From Polymyxa betae A26-41 (taxonomy: Eukaryota > Protista > Endomyxa: Phytomyxea), in the NCBI GenBank assembly GCA_003693705.1, contig RBZT01000562.1, positions 2,985 through 66,984 on the forward strand: DNA of 64,000 nucleotides. Reading direction: 5' to 3'. Below the pieces are notes generated by a model. It was not told where the DNA came from and made no database searches. It worked only from the letters and a program-made list of their open reading frames with translations. The translations under genes and the position numbers were made by a program. Position 1 is the first letter of the stretch; every line of letters begins with the position of its first letter. Positions 48,716 through 61,369 of this stretch are shown here, in pieces.

Positions 48716-49708
48716 ATGCTGAGATCACGAGATGTCGTCAAGTCTCTCTTCAACCAGGAATCCACTAGCGATCTCACCCTCGTCGTCAATGGCAGCCATT
48801 ATCATGGTCACAAGGCGATCGTGGCGCATTGCAGTGAGATGGTCGCTGGAATGCTAAGGTCGAATCTGATCGAGCAGATGGAATCGAAGGCGGTTCTGCG
48901 AATCAACCCGCCGCTTGTAAGCTTGCCAAGCTTCACTGAATGTGATCGCCTTGAAAGGGAGCTGAATGGGGAATCGCTATTTGAGCTCTATCTCTTGATC
49001 ATCTACGGGCTCAAGAATCCTGCGACGCTCACTGTGAAAGAATTATGCAGCGTTGCAGTTCTTGCAAATTTCATGCTGTCTTCTAAGATCGCTTTTGTAT
49101 GCGAGAAATTGATTGTCCAGAAATTGTGGCTTTCTCAAGATTCTTGGCAAGACGCATTCCGGTTTGCCAACCGGCATGGCTTCGCTCTTCTGTCGAAATG
49201 CATTCTGGATTATGCTGCCATGCTTGTTCATCGGAGCGAGTGTATCGAAGATCTGCTCTGCTTGGATCTGCCTGACATTCTCCAAATACTTCGAGTGATG
49301 CGGCTGAGCGCAAAAGAACAATTTCGTCTTCTGATTTGCTATCTGGCTTACCAGTCATGCAAAAGCATCTCTGTCTTAGAACAGTTTGATAGTTGCTGGA
49401 ATTCGAGCAGCGTTGAAAACCTATCAATTTATATTGAAGGAGATGAAAGGGTAGATTTTTTCAAGCAAGCAACGAAGTTATTGGCACCCACCTGGAACGA
49501 TCGTGAGCTTCTCTGCAAGATCAAACTTCTTGCCGATTGTGTCGTAATGAGAACAAGTACAGGGCAGATCACAAAAGACAATTTTCTTTACAGCGCCATC
49601 TTGGACCAGCTCATGATCCTTATGAGGCAATCTACAGGTGCCTCGAGCGCACAGCCCGGTATTTCAACACGTTTGCATAAGGAATCCCACCGAAATACGA
49701 TCATTTAG
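48716..49708 (+). CDS. BTB/POZ-domain protein, intronless
   Basis: SDLTLVVNG...HKAIVAHCSE...FELYLLIIYG, followed by a BACK-like helical region. Confidence 0.85.
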   Translation: MLRSRDVVKSLFNQESTSDLTLVVNGSHYHGHKAIVAHCSEMVAGMLRSNLIEQMESKAVLRINPPLVSLPSFTECDRLERELNGESLFELYLLIIYGLKNPATLTVKELCSVAVLANFMLSSKIAFVCEKLIVQKLWLSQDSWQDAFRFANRHGFALLSKCILDYAAMLVHRSECIEDLLCLDLPDILQILRVMRLSAKEQFRLLICYLAYQSCKSISVLEQFDSCWNSSSVENLSIYIEGDERVDFFKQATKLLAPTWNDRELLCKIKLLADCVVMRTSTGQITKDNFLYSAILDQLMILMRQSTGASSAQPGISTRLHKESHRNTII

Positions 49709-49824
49709 CAAACTGTCAAAGTGACGCACCAACAAGCCGCGAAAGATGGAGCAACTGACATCGATGAGGTATCCAACAAAGTGCACCAGAAACCCAAAGT
49801 AACATATGAGATGTGTTTATCAAA

Positions 49825-51486
49825 TTAATCTATTCCAGCTTGTTTACCGCGAGGCGGTGTTCCAGGCCTACCGAGTTCCGAGCTGGGTGCTGTTCCTCCA
49901 GTGTTATACAAGTACCTAACGATATGACATGATCAAAAACACAATAAAAACAAAGTAACGGGGAGAACATACCTTTGCTTCTTCTCGGCAGGCTTCAGAA
50001 TTTGAAATGAGCACATTAAGGTGTCGTCCACCGACATCATCGAGCCGGCATTATCGAATTCTCCACCTGGTTCGAGTAAGCGATGGAAACATGTTATGGC
50101 TAAAGACAGACAATAGTTTGGTGCAGAAAAGAGCGTCACCAATTGTCTATTAGCGAAAAACTCATAGCCATCTTCAACAACCTAAGCAAGCTTTAGCAAG
50201 GTATATGCTTCACACGAGAAAACACAAATTACTTGGTGAGCTCGGCAGATGAGATCTAAATCATGTTTTTTGAGAAATTTCGATACAACGTCAGCTCCGA
50301 ATGTGTAAGAGACACCACGGTCGTTCTCACCCCATCTGAGGAACAATGAGTTCAAGAGAAGGAGCCAAGGAGACTCGGATACCCGCTGATATCCTTTTCA
50401 GGATCCGACCAAAGAAGATCGCAAAGCAATCCTGTATCAGGGACGTCTGTAGGACGCATAATACGCCGCACCTGAAAACAATCAGAACCATGCGATGCAA
50501 ATTAGTAAATCAAGAAAGCGTCAGAGGCGATTGAAATAAAGCTGTTGCTGACACTAATTAAGAACAAAACTTTGTTGCTTTCATGATAAGAGCAAGATTC
50601 TTAAATGGTGTTCATAACGCAGAACAGATAGGTAAACGGTAATAAAGCGTGAGTTAAATCGAATTCGTAAACCCAACCTGATCGAAGCTTTTCAGTTCTG
50701 GGGATAATCCTCCATGTGTACAAAAGATCTTTTCATCGACAATGGCAGCGACAGGCAAGCAATTGAAACAGTCAGTAAACGTTTTCCAAAGTTTGATGTT
50801 GTAGCGACGTTTGCATTCGTCATAAAATCTATTCGAAACATGAGCCTTGACGCTATAGCATAAAGCATTTCACAAACCCATAAATTCGGTTAATTGAAGC
50901 GCACTCGTGATTTCCACGCAAGATGAAGAAATTCTCAGGGTACTTCACCTGAAATCACAGCTGAGATAAATTAATGAATTATCATGAACGAGCCCTGACT
51001 TTATATGCAAGCAGCAAACAAATCGTTTCTAGCGATTGCTTTCCTCGGTCGACGTAGTCACCAAGGAACAAATAGTTAGCATCAGGAGGAAACCCTGCAG
51101 ATATTAATTACACCAATTAATTGAATGCAAAAAGCTACAATGCTCACCTCCATATTCAAAAAGGCGGAGCAGATCGTAATATTGGCCGTGAATGTCACCC
51201 TGGGCAAGATATTCAAACTTGGATATGAGCGCCTTTTAAGCGATACGCACAACGATTTTAATAGGAGCTTCGAGCTCCAGCAAGATCGGCTGATTGATGA
51301 AAATCTCCCGGCAGCGATTACAAAGATCCCGAATCTCAGCTTCTGTTAACACGACCTGGGCGGGGTTGAGCATGGCGCCATCGGGCCGCAACTCAAATCA
51401 CGAACCTGCTTGCCCGGGCGACAGCCTCGAACCTCGAGCAGGCGCTCGATAATGCTATCGACGTCGACCTCATTTGTATTGGCCAT
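49825..51486 (-). CDS. PP1: Protein phosphatase 1 catalytic subunit, intron-rich
   Basis: [13 protein letters not shown]; GDIHGQ; GDYVDRG; RGNHE; LLWSDP; [13 protein letters not shown]; SAPNYCGEFDNAG; C-terminal TPPR. Confidence 0.97.
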
Positions 51487-51621
51487 GGTCGTGGCAGGCG
51501 CCGTCTATGAAAAACGACCACCGCCGAATGCACTGTGCGGCGCGCAAATTCTTTCACAGCACCCTCGCTTAGATACTTTCAATACAACGGGGCCTTATTT
51601 TTTCTAGGCAGGCCTCGATGG

Positions 51622-54600
51622 CTATGCAGGAGAAGACTGGACTTGCTGCATATTGATAATAAGTGGACTGATTGTGATTTATGAACGACTTACTGGCAGG
51701 AAGGCTGAAATCTGCAATCTAGGTTGACTACAGCCTAAATCTATCGCAGATCTCTTGGCGAAGCGTGCTCCGATAGCAGAAATGGCTGGATTACAGCATG
51801 TTGGTCTCAATGGTTTTCAGATTACGAAAATCTTACTGTTATATAACGTTAAGTCCAAGTTTCTGTCAAACTGGGGACATTAGTTTTATCCATTCTGTCT
51901 CGATTGAATTGCTCTTTCCCTTACGTTTGGTTTTGTAGGATCTAATGGAATAGGTAATGTAGATTATCCAGGAATTTCCCGACAGTGTTTTGAGGAAGTT
52001 ATTCAGACAATTCTGGATAGGTCCAGTATAACAGTAGAGGAATCCACTAGAATTGAATGATTCTGAATTCCAGTATGGCCAAGAATGGTTCCAATTGCAG
52101 GAATCAGCCAAAAAACAATCTATCTCTTACGATTCTTGTCGCAGAAAGGTTGCTGCCAATTCGCAAGAATTATCAACGAAGCTAAACACGAAAGAATCAG
52201 TTGAGCTCTTTTACTTGAGAGACGAAGAAACTGTTATGCTCTGAAACTTTGCCTTGATAGAGAAGATACCCGGCTTCAAAAGAGTTGAACTTGAGATTCG
52301 CTTACCAGTCTCTCAAAGAGAAAGAAGGATGCAGATCGCTTCGAATGCTGAAGCACGCAAAACGGCAACACTGGAAGGCTTCTACCGAAGAAGGCTACCC
52401 TCAGACTACCGGTAGTACCTTTATCAATCTGACACCGAAAGGATTCGATCCAAATATGGTACCTGCATACCACAACACAGAGACTACAGACCACGAAGTC
52501 GAGATATAATTAATCTCAATACAAGAGCTCACAATTGCCAACAACTTGCAGAACTTGACCGTAATAATAAGCAGCGTAAGCTGATAATGTCATTTTATTT
52601 TTCGACGAACGATGTAGCGAGGATTGATGAGCCGTAATTTTCGAGTGTCAAGCTGGAGCTCCTCTGCGCATCTCCATTGCACTTCGGCAATCGGTTTCGA
52701 TTCGTATTCAGGAACCAACTTGATATATGCTGTCGACAGATCAAACGCAAGCTGCAATTCGCCACGATCGATTAGACATCGAAGATATAGCCGGTATATG
52801 TGTGCTCTGAGCTCGGGAACAACTTTAACTGGACCCTCACTCACTTTTGCAGACAACAACTGTATAATCGAAGCCAAATGAGGCTCGAGCTCGCATCTGA
52901 AGTTCTTGTCTGGATACAACCCGTCATGCCTTATTAGCTTCCATAAAATCGTCATCGCGCGAGATAGAATGGAATCATGATGTAATCCTAAACTGACCTA
53001 AACACATGCTATCAGAGACAGGTCAATAATTTTTGAATAGCAACAGAACCGTGTCAAATGATTGGCATCCAAAGCATGAAAAGCTGGAAAACAATATCAT
53101 TCCTTACGCGGATCGATGTTGTTAAATGCCCCACAACTCGCTTCACGATTGAGGAGCGATGAGCGCCTTCAGTACTCAGCATGGTTATCAATAATTGAGC
53201 TGCGTTTTGCTCAATAGAAGCGATTGCAGTGGCATGAAGCGGAGATGACGAGCATTGTTCCGAAGCACATAACTTGCATATAGAAAGCAAAAGCGCAGCC
53301 TGATTCTGATCCAAAGCTTGATCGGAAACAGATGATAGCAGTTCCATGATGACAGCAGATGCTTCAGGCGCCCATGATTGCGCTGACAACTTTTCTAAAC
53401 AAGCGAATGCTTGCTGTGTCGTGCTAAGTCGACTTTCGGGATTGGAGCTTCTAGCACGCTGAACTAGCAGAATGGCTTGTGCTAGATCTGCTTCTTGCCC
53501 TACAATAAATTACCATAAATACAGATTATAATCCATTTCGTAAAGTTAGAAAGTGCAATCGAGAGCGTAAACCAAGCAGCTGCGAGTGAATAGAACAACA
53601 AAAGGTGGAATGAAATTACCAGTCGCGGTCCCTTTGCCAAAAGCAAAGCCAGGCGAAATTCGTTCCAGAATCTGAAGGAAGGGTTTGGCTTCAACCGCCG
53701 AGTGCAAAGGCTCAACAAAATTCAGAGAGATGCTTTTTGCAATGCTGAAATCTCTAATGGCTTCATAAGCTCGAGCTAAAGTTAGACCGATGTTATATGT
53801 CATGGCCGAATCACTGTTACTAAGTTTAGCATATAAATAACCCAAACAAGAGTTTCAAGATGGGAAAGTGTTAACGGAGAACGACGATCAAACAAACAGA
53901 AATCACCTTACAAACAAGAGAAAAAAGCAGATTCGAGTAAACTTGCCTGTTATCTGAGTTTGCAATGATGTCATAAGCGTTTTTTAAAAATGCCACAAGT
54001 TTGGGGTCCAATACAACACCACTTTCGCCAGCAAGATGTCGTTTAATAACGGGATTGATGGCGTTCCAGGTGATGGCAATGGCAGAAGGCACGATCCATT
54101 GCTTGCCAAGCGACTTGCCTACCGACAAAGCATTCGAACAGGCATCGATAACCGGATGAGCCCAGGAAGCTAATACGTAGGAATTACTCTCTGGGGTCGA
54201 ATCGACTTTAGAAGCCGAACTGTTATCCAGAGGCTTTGCTAGCGCTGGGCTGTATTTGTTCTGGGATATTAGGATATTGGCTTTTGCGAAGTTCGCTTTG
54301 CATTGGAGAACTAGAGCTTCCAGTTGTGAAGTAGAATAAGACAGTATCTGATCGGCGCATTGCATGACAAGATCAGTGAGCTGGTTTGCTAGACACAAAT
54401 CCATAATATCTGACCAAATGAAGATCCTATACAAATTCAGCCTTAGAGAATATTAATCCAATTACATAGTGAAACTAGTATATAAAAAGCATCGCCTTCA
54501 TGGCCAAGTTATTACCTTAACTCAACCGCAGCGCTTTCGGTAGCTTGCGGAGAATGAAGAAGCTTCCTCATGACGCGAGCCAGAAGCTTTCGCTGGATTA

Positions 54601-56880
54601 CAGGATCCTTAATTTCTGTGCTGCGCTGGGCCAGAATGAGTGCTAAGTCTTCCTTTGGTGTGGATGGCTGTGGCATGCCGGCGATGAGTTTCTTTTGAAG
54701 CATTCTAATGTACCTACTCATCCGCATCAGCAGAGGTAATGATGTAACCGAAGAATCCCCAAAATGTGAAATTACTTATCGTAAGGCTTTAACAGATCTT
54801 CGACGTTTGGCATCGATCGCGATGCAGGGTCTAGCAGCTCCAACGGGATGGTATAGTCGAGATCGGCAGAGGCAGCGATCTCAATACGAGCTTTGTTGAC
54901 AGACCCAGATTGCAGTTCACAAAGTGCTAGTTCATAATGAAATAATGTACGTAATTCCAGACATGGAAGATCTAAACGCTTCATCGTCTGGCAAAACGGA
55001 TTTAGAAGGATTCAACTGCACTGTAAATTCGCACTTCAGAGCAACGACGTAAGAAAGGATGCAACTGTGGTCGATGTTCGCCACAGATCATAGGTCGAGC
55101 TATGTTCCAGATAGTGATGCAGACGTCTTGAACGAGGTCGGCATCTGCTAAACGTTCCGACGCGGTCAAAGTTTGTTCAATGGAGCGGAGAGCAGAAAAA
55201 CGACTTTGAATTGAGACAGATCTGGACGAGAGTAAATCGAGTTGAAACAATACAATCAAACTGATACCTTTGTTTAGACTCGCGATCACGAACATTAATT
55301 TCAGCAGCAGTAAGGTCAGCCAGAATCCAGCTCCTTTGCAGTCCAGCGAAGCTCTTACAGAACTGCGACCGGGACGTGCACTGCTGCGCCAGTTCGATGT
55401 GACCATGACGCCAAGCAACGCGGCCGATCTCAGCAATTACATCGAGCTTATCTAGATCGAGCTAAGAATTTTTTAAAAAAGGGTAGGCCAATCTGATAAC
55501 AAGAATTACACGTTTAGGAGCGATTTTCATATCTTGGTCGACAATTTGAAATGCCTCAATTAATTTCGCAAGAATCTGCTCGGCTTTGATTATTCCAGAC
55601 TGAATAGCCTGCAGAATGATGATCGCCTTAATGCCGGTTGTTGTGAAGTTTATTGTTGGAGTTGAGCCTTTCGATCTGTTTACATGAACTGCTAGGCGAG
55701 AAGCACGAATCTATCAAAGGGATTAAGATTTTTCGAAATCAAAGATAATTGTGTGAAAATACGATAAACGAACGAAGATTGTTTAGAGATAAAACAAAAT
55801 ACCTTGGCATTTGAATTCAGTAGAAAATATGCAAATAATGAAAAGAATTATAGCTTCAGACCTGCATTTGACGGCTAAAATCTTTTGCCAACGTTAGTGC
55901 CTCGTTGGCGAATTTTGCAGCGCCAGAAATGTCACCAGCATCGTCCAGGCAAAGTGCTAATGTGAATGACAGTTCGAAAAGCCATTCCTTAGGAGTCTGA
56001 TCGCGAACTGACTTCACCAAAGCGTCTAGGATGGTTTGTAGCGAAGGCGCTGCATATTTCCATTTGCCTGGCCGTAGTAATCCACGAACAATGCTCCAAT
56101 AAACAACAGAGCAGTTATAGATCAGAAATGAGCACCTAAACAAGAAGTAAACCAGGAGAATGCGCAACTATATTCTATAGCTCTGAAAAAGAAAGATAGA
56201 AATCCTATGAAGTGGAAAATAGAGCAACGCAAATGAGCTAACAAAGATCCAAATATAAACGATACTAACGTTTTCTGCTGTTGGGCGATACTGAGCGCTT
56301 TCAATACGAGTTTGATTGCGTTATTGGTACTGTCTATAAAAACCTGATAATCTCATGAGACATGATTTACAGTTATGTTTAAATACTTGTCGTTTCAGGC
56401 CTCTGGTACGGCGATTTGCGATTGACGCTTGAGTAAGAAATGCTCGACATAAGAACTGATCAGGGCGAGGGTCGTACACATGAAACATGTTCAGACATTC
56501 TTCAGCTTCGCTTATCAAGTTCACCTATAACAAATTAGACTACAAAAGGAAGAACAGTACCGAAAGACTATTGCAAAACGCGAGCAAGCAATGTGAATAT
56601 TGTTTTGGATTTTCGGTTTGCACGAGTGTAAATGGAAGTTAATGCACCCAGTTGGGGATACGCAACGAAATGTAATTCAAAACGGACAGCATGACGAAAT
56701 AGCCAATTTTACTTGAACACAAGTCTCAGCAGCGATAATCAGCAAGGATGGCGAAGGTGGCGCTCCTTCATGAAATGTCTCGCGCCACTTGATGATCTGA
56801 TCAACAACGACATTTCGTATTGCATTGATATCACGAGATTCGAGTCCTTCCTGTAGCTGGAGTCGAATTCTGGCCTCCAT
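51622..56880 (-). CDS. CFAP46: Cilia/flagella-associated protein 46-like (TTC40), many exons; 3' end approximate
   Basis: AAETC...AEECL...QFLCRA...FLIYNCSVVYWSIVRGLLRPG...SLQTILDAL matches the remembered CFAP46 N-terminus. Confidence 0.7.
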
Positions 56881-57063
56881 AGTGTACAATGGCTGTCATC
56901 AAGGTCCGATTGTCACAGAATCCATAAGTAGGTATCCAGGCACAAAGAAAAATTGAATCTAAAATAGAGTCAGAACACCAGTGAACGTGATTGCAAATGT
57001 TATTCCAACTTATATATATTAGATTCGACAATGCCAAATTGGTTGCTTCCTATAAGAAAGCCA

Positions 57064-58140
57064 TTAAAAGTCTTCCCCATCAGAAGGACCTTTCATGAAA
57101 TCCACAGCACCAGTTAACTTGTAAAGAATGTCTTGAAACCAGATCGGCGATATTGAAGCGACCATACACATGTACAAGACCATTCTCGGGACAAATACTG
57201 TTTCTTGCTGATAAACTATTCCGTCAAATGTCGCTCTGGCGACGTGCTCAGCTGTTAATCGTGGCAGAAGCCATTTCATTTTCAAATCGGCCTTTGCGAA
57301 TAGCTCGGTATCGACAATGTATGGATGGATAATAGTTGTATGAATAAAAGTCGAGAATCCATCTCGAATCAATTCTTATGGCAATTAGCAATTGACAAAA
57401 CGACGCAGATCCCAAACCTAATCGTAAACTGTTATGCATTGCAAGAAGTGCTGCTTTCGTTCCACAATAATCGCTGGCGCTCGAGCCAGCTCCATATGCC
57501 ACAACTGAAGAGAAAGTCACGATATGCCCTTCTCTGCTAGATTTCATTTCTGGCAAGAAGAATCGCATACAGCTGTACCTAAGCGACTTTTCAGGTTTCC
57601 GACAAACAGAAATTAAATGAAATTGTAGGAGTTTAATCAGTTTGGATGCTCACCATGTTAGCACATTGATGTCGAAGATTCTTCTTCGTTGCTTTAAACT
57701 TAGACATTCCACTGATCCATGGTTTACAACGGCGGCAGTGTGGACCAGAATTGAGACATGATCTGGCAATGCTGATGATTTTATCGAATTTGATACCGAT
57801 TCGAATTCAGCTTCATCTGTCATATCCACTTGATATGTATACAATGTCGGCTTTAACTTCATTCGTTTTCCTATAAAAGCAGTGAATTAAATCTGCTCAA
57901 TGAAATCCCTTGAAACCGCCAAATAAATAGGTAGAAACAGTCTAAAACTTGCAGACTTAAGCTTGATAAATTTCTCGCATTCTTATCGATTACATGAACG
58001 ACCAATCCGCCATCCAGTAGGAGCTGGACGAGATCTGAAGCGATCCCGCCGCCACCAGCCACGACAGCATGCTTTCCTACAAGCTGCTGCCCTGGTCTGT
58101 AGCCTAACAAACTCCAAACCGGCGCCAGTAGGTGCGACAT
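57064..58140 (-). CDS. Short-chain dehydrogenase/reductase (SDR16/RDH-like)
   Basis: KHAVVAGGGGIA, ILVHTAAVV, GHIVTFSS, DYCGTK (YxxxK), PYIVDTELF. Confidence 0.85.
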
Positions 58141-58150
58141 AGAACAATGA

Positions 58151-58445
58151 TTAAGCAGGCTCTCCTAAACGGGCAACCTGAATTGTTGTGTAACGCAACT
58201 TCAGCAGAGAACACTTGACGAAGGTCTTTCTCTTTGTTGGTACTTTGTTGAGAACCAACTCGGAAACGAACAGCGGGAAGTACGCGTCCTGAACACCCAT
58301 TTTCATGATACAAACGTTGAAATAATTCTGGATCTCTTCTCCCAATGAGATACGACCGGGCTAATATGGCGAGTAATAATCAGTACTTAAGGACGTAAGA
58401 TGTGACAGCCAGAGATATCGTATCGTCTGAGCAAAAGACGACCTG
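58151..58445 (-). pseudogene. Prolyl-tRNA synthetase N-terminal fragment, degenerate
   Basis: Broken frames give YDISGCHILRP, EEIQNYFN...MGVQDAYFPLFVSE...LNK and KEKD...FSAEVA; the rest of the enzyme is absent. Confidence 0.75.
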
Positions 58446-58893
58446 CGAATACATTAAGGTTGGAACTGCTAACTATTCCTCCTATACATTCGCAGTAAGT
58501 TTTTCATCCAAACCATGATTACTGAACATCGAATTTTGACCGTCCACCTTGCTACCGTCGTTGATACAAGTTGCCGTTGTGCTCTGCAGAAATCTGCTAG
58601 ATAATGCTAGGCAAAAAAAATAGTAAAACATCAGTGAGCAAACAATTGTTTGCAGTTAATAACTTCATGCTCGACATTGTCTTTGGAATTCTGTTAACAC
58701 CAAGAAATTTGCTTTAAGTTTTTTATCCAAATAATGATAATGAGCATAAATCTTGCTTGTCCACCTTGAGATTGTTTATACATAGTGCTACAGATGTATG
58801 CCCAAAGCTGCTGAAAATGCAACTTATGGTGATATAATCAATAAGGAAACTAGATGGACACGCGGTTGTTTGCAGTTAATTAAGCAGCATCAT

Positions 58894-59716
58894 TCACTCT
58901 CCATGTCTTGCCTGGGCGTCATCATCTAAGCTCGCAGACAAGATGGAATATAGGATTTCCGCGAGCGTAACAAGCTCCTCGTTCTCTGAATCCGATTTTA
59001 ACGCCTCTAGCCGAGCTTTCTCAGTTTCCATTTTCTTCTCGAGTAATGGAAATACTTTGTCATCACCTTCAAAGACGGCATTGTCGGCGTCCTGGATGGA
59101 TTGGCGAAAAATCAAATAGTCATGAAATAGCGAAAGATCAGAATCTTTGGTGAGGTCATCAGCAGCTTTTCTAAGTTGTTCTAATTCCGTTTTAAGCTCT
59201 GTCGTTTCTTGGGTGAGCATGTCCGTTTCTTTTTGAGGCTGTTTCACTTCAGGCTGCTTTGTATCTGACTGCATAAAAAACGCATCAGATAAGAAACTTG
59301 CAATTGCATACAGAGAATTGAACAGAAGAAACTATCATTAACAAGCACGAACATTTACTGAGGTAATTATCATACCACATTTTTTGTCTAACGTTTACTG
59401 AAACGAAAAACAAATAGCTATGAAAGAGAAGCAAATATATATTCCATACCGGTTGGAATTCAACCTCTTTAGAGGTAGCTTCCTGATCAGCAGCCTTATT
59501 TTTAAGAGGCCCCTGCGCCGGGTTGTTCTTCCCATTGCCAGCAGAAGTAGCATCCTGATCAGCAGCCTTGTTTTTCAAAGGCGCCTGCGCCGGATTGTTC
59601 TTCCCATTGCCAGCTTGAAGTAAACGGCACGAAGCGAAAGTCAGAAGAGCGATCAAGCCGGCGCCAACCAACACGATCGTCACGAGCAGCAGTTTCGTCG
59701 TACGGCGCTTTGGCAT
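58894..59716 (-). CDS. Small signal-anchored/secreted protein with a 24-aa tandem repeat and coiled coil (two exons)
   Basis: Hydrophobic N-terminus; AGNGKNNPAQ(A/G)PLKNKAADQ(D/E)ATS x2; GTATGG donor near 59449 and an in-frame acidic second exon. Confidence 0.65.
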
Positions 59717-60350
59717 GGTTTAAATTTAGCACAGAAGAAGGATACACCGTGACGACCATCCACCAATGTTGAATTGAAATGAATACAAAGCGATTCGATT
59801 GCATACACCAGCGCTCCTTTTCTCAATTTAGGCTGAGAGTACATCGATTCCTGTAGGCAGCTTCCCCCATATTGTGCAATTTTGAAGCGTTTTCGAATGG
59901 TATCGTTAGGTATGCCTCCTTTTGAGCAATCCGAATATAAAACATTGCTCTGTTTCGTGATATGAGCGAATCACAGCTTTAGAAATGATAATAGTAATGC
60001 CAGCGGTTGCATTAGATAGATCTCTGTTGTGACGTAGAACACCGATTTGCAGGCCCGAATCGCATCAGAATGAGAGTATTCTACCGGGGCGTTATCATGC
60101 CCCCCGTAACCGATCCAGGATAGTGGGCGAACAGTTCGATAGCGACGTGGCTCACCCACGTTTTGCATTTCGCCAGGCGATCCGCGACTGGTGAGCGGGT
60201 CGGGTCCCGGACTGGGAGGGGCGCAGAGGGGCTGCGCAGCTGAAGTTCTTGCGAGTCCGTCCGCGGCCCGCGGGGTCATCCCGGCGTCTGGCCGGCCGGC
60301 AAAGTTTGACACCGATTGTCGTCGGCTTTGTCTCGCATATCGTTATACCC

Positions 60351-60926
60351 ATGGAGATCGTAACTCCAATCCCGACCCGTTTCATGGGCCAGCGCCCCTT
60401 AGCCATACAGGTGCCGGTCCCTATCCATCCGCTCTCTACCCCGAATCCGATGTTCGTATCGCCCTATTTTGTTCCCGTCCCGCAATCGAATTTCGTCACG
60501 ACGTCGCCGCAATTCTCCATGCCGACCCATGCGAATATGTCGGCGTTCTTTCAAAGCCAATCACCGCCGCCTCCACAATCAAGACCGAGCTCTGCTTGTT
60601 CCTACGTCTCGGACATCTCTGCGCCTCTTTCGCCAAGCAGCATTCAAGTCGAACCTCGTCATGTTCATCATTACAAGAACCTGACGTTTTGCGGATATCA
60701 TGGGCAATCGTCGCCTCTGAATCGTATCAGGATGTGGAGGACACCGGACGGTTCTGTTCTCTACGATTGCATCTGCGGGAAACGCGTTCCGAATGGCTCG
60801 CTGCAGAAGGTGAAACGCCACGCCTACCGACATGCTGTCTCGTCATATACGTGTCAAATATGCGGGAAAGTATTCGCTGCCCATTGGTCGTTGAACGCTC
60901 ATTGCCGTATCCATAAAACGGATTAA
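60351..60926 (+). CDS. C2H2 zinc-finger protein with a P/S-rich N-terminus
   Basis: YDCICG...HAYRH and YTCQICGKVF.....LNAHCRIH. Confidence 0.8.
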   Translation: MEIVTPIPTRFMGQRPLAIQVPVPIHPLSTPNPMFVSPYFVPVPQSNFVTTSPQFSMPTHANMSAFFQSQSPPPPQSRPSSACSYVSDISAPLSPSSIQVEPRHVHHYKNLTFCGYHGQSSPLNRIRMWRTPDGSVLYDCICGKRVPNGSLQKVKRHAYRHAVSSYTCQICGKVFAAHWSLNAHCRIHKTD

Positions 60927-61369
60927 GCCTCTCGTTCATCGGCTCCCGTATTTATTTATCGTAATAAAATATTTGAACGTATTTATCAGCTTTGAAACTG
61001 CTCTTGGGCTAACGTGGTTAACTCTGGTAAAGCATCTGGCTTCAGCACGGCTCGAGATTTTATATAGCTATGGGTCTTCCTAAGAAATTCGAACAAACAC
61101 AAACGAGATTTAAGTTGGATTAATCTTACTGCTCAAACAGATGATGATGTTTGTTTTTAATTCAATATTCTAGGATGTCGCCGATCAATCTAGACCTGCT
61201 ACAATTTCACATTTTGGGCCTAGGCTGAGCTCTGGACCTATAATCTCTCACTGGCGCGGCCTCGCTTCAGTTTGGTGCTCCATTCAACATTTCATTCTGT
61301 AAGCAGACTGAGCGAATGGGCATCTGTTGTTTTTCTGTCTCTTTCTTTCTCGATTGGTGGCATGACGTC

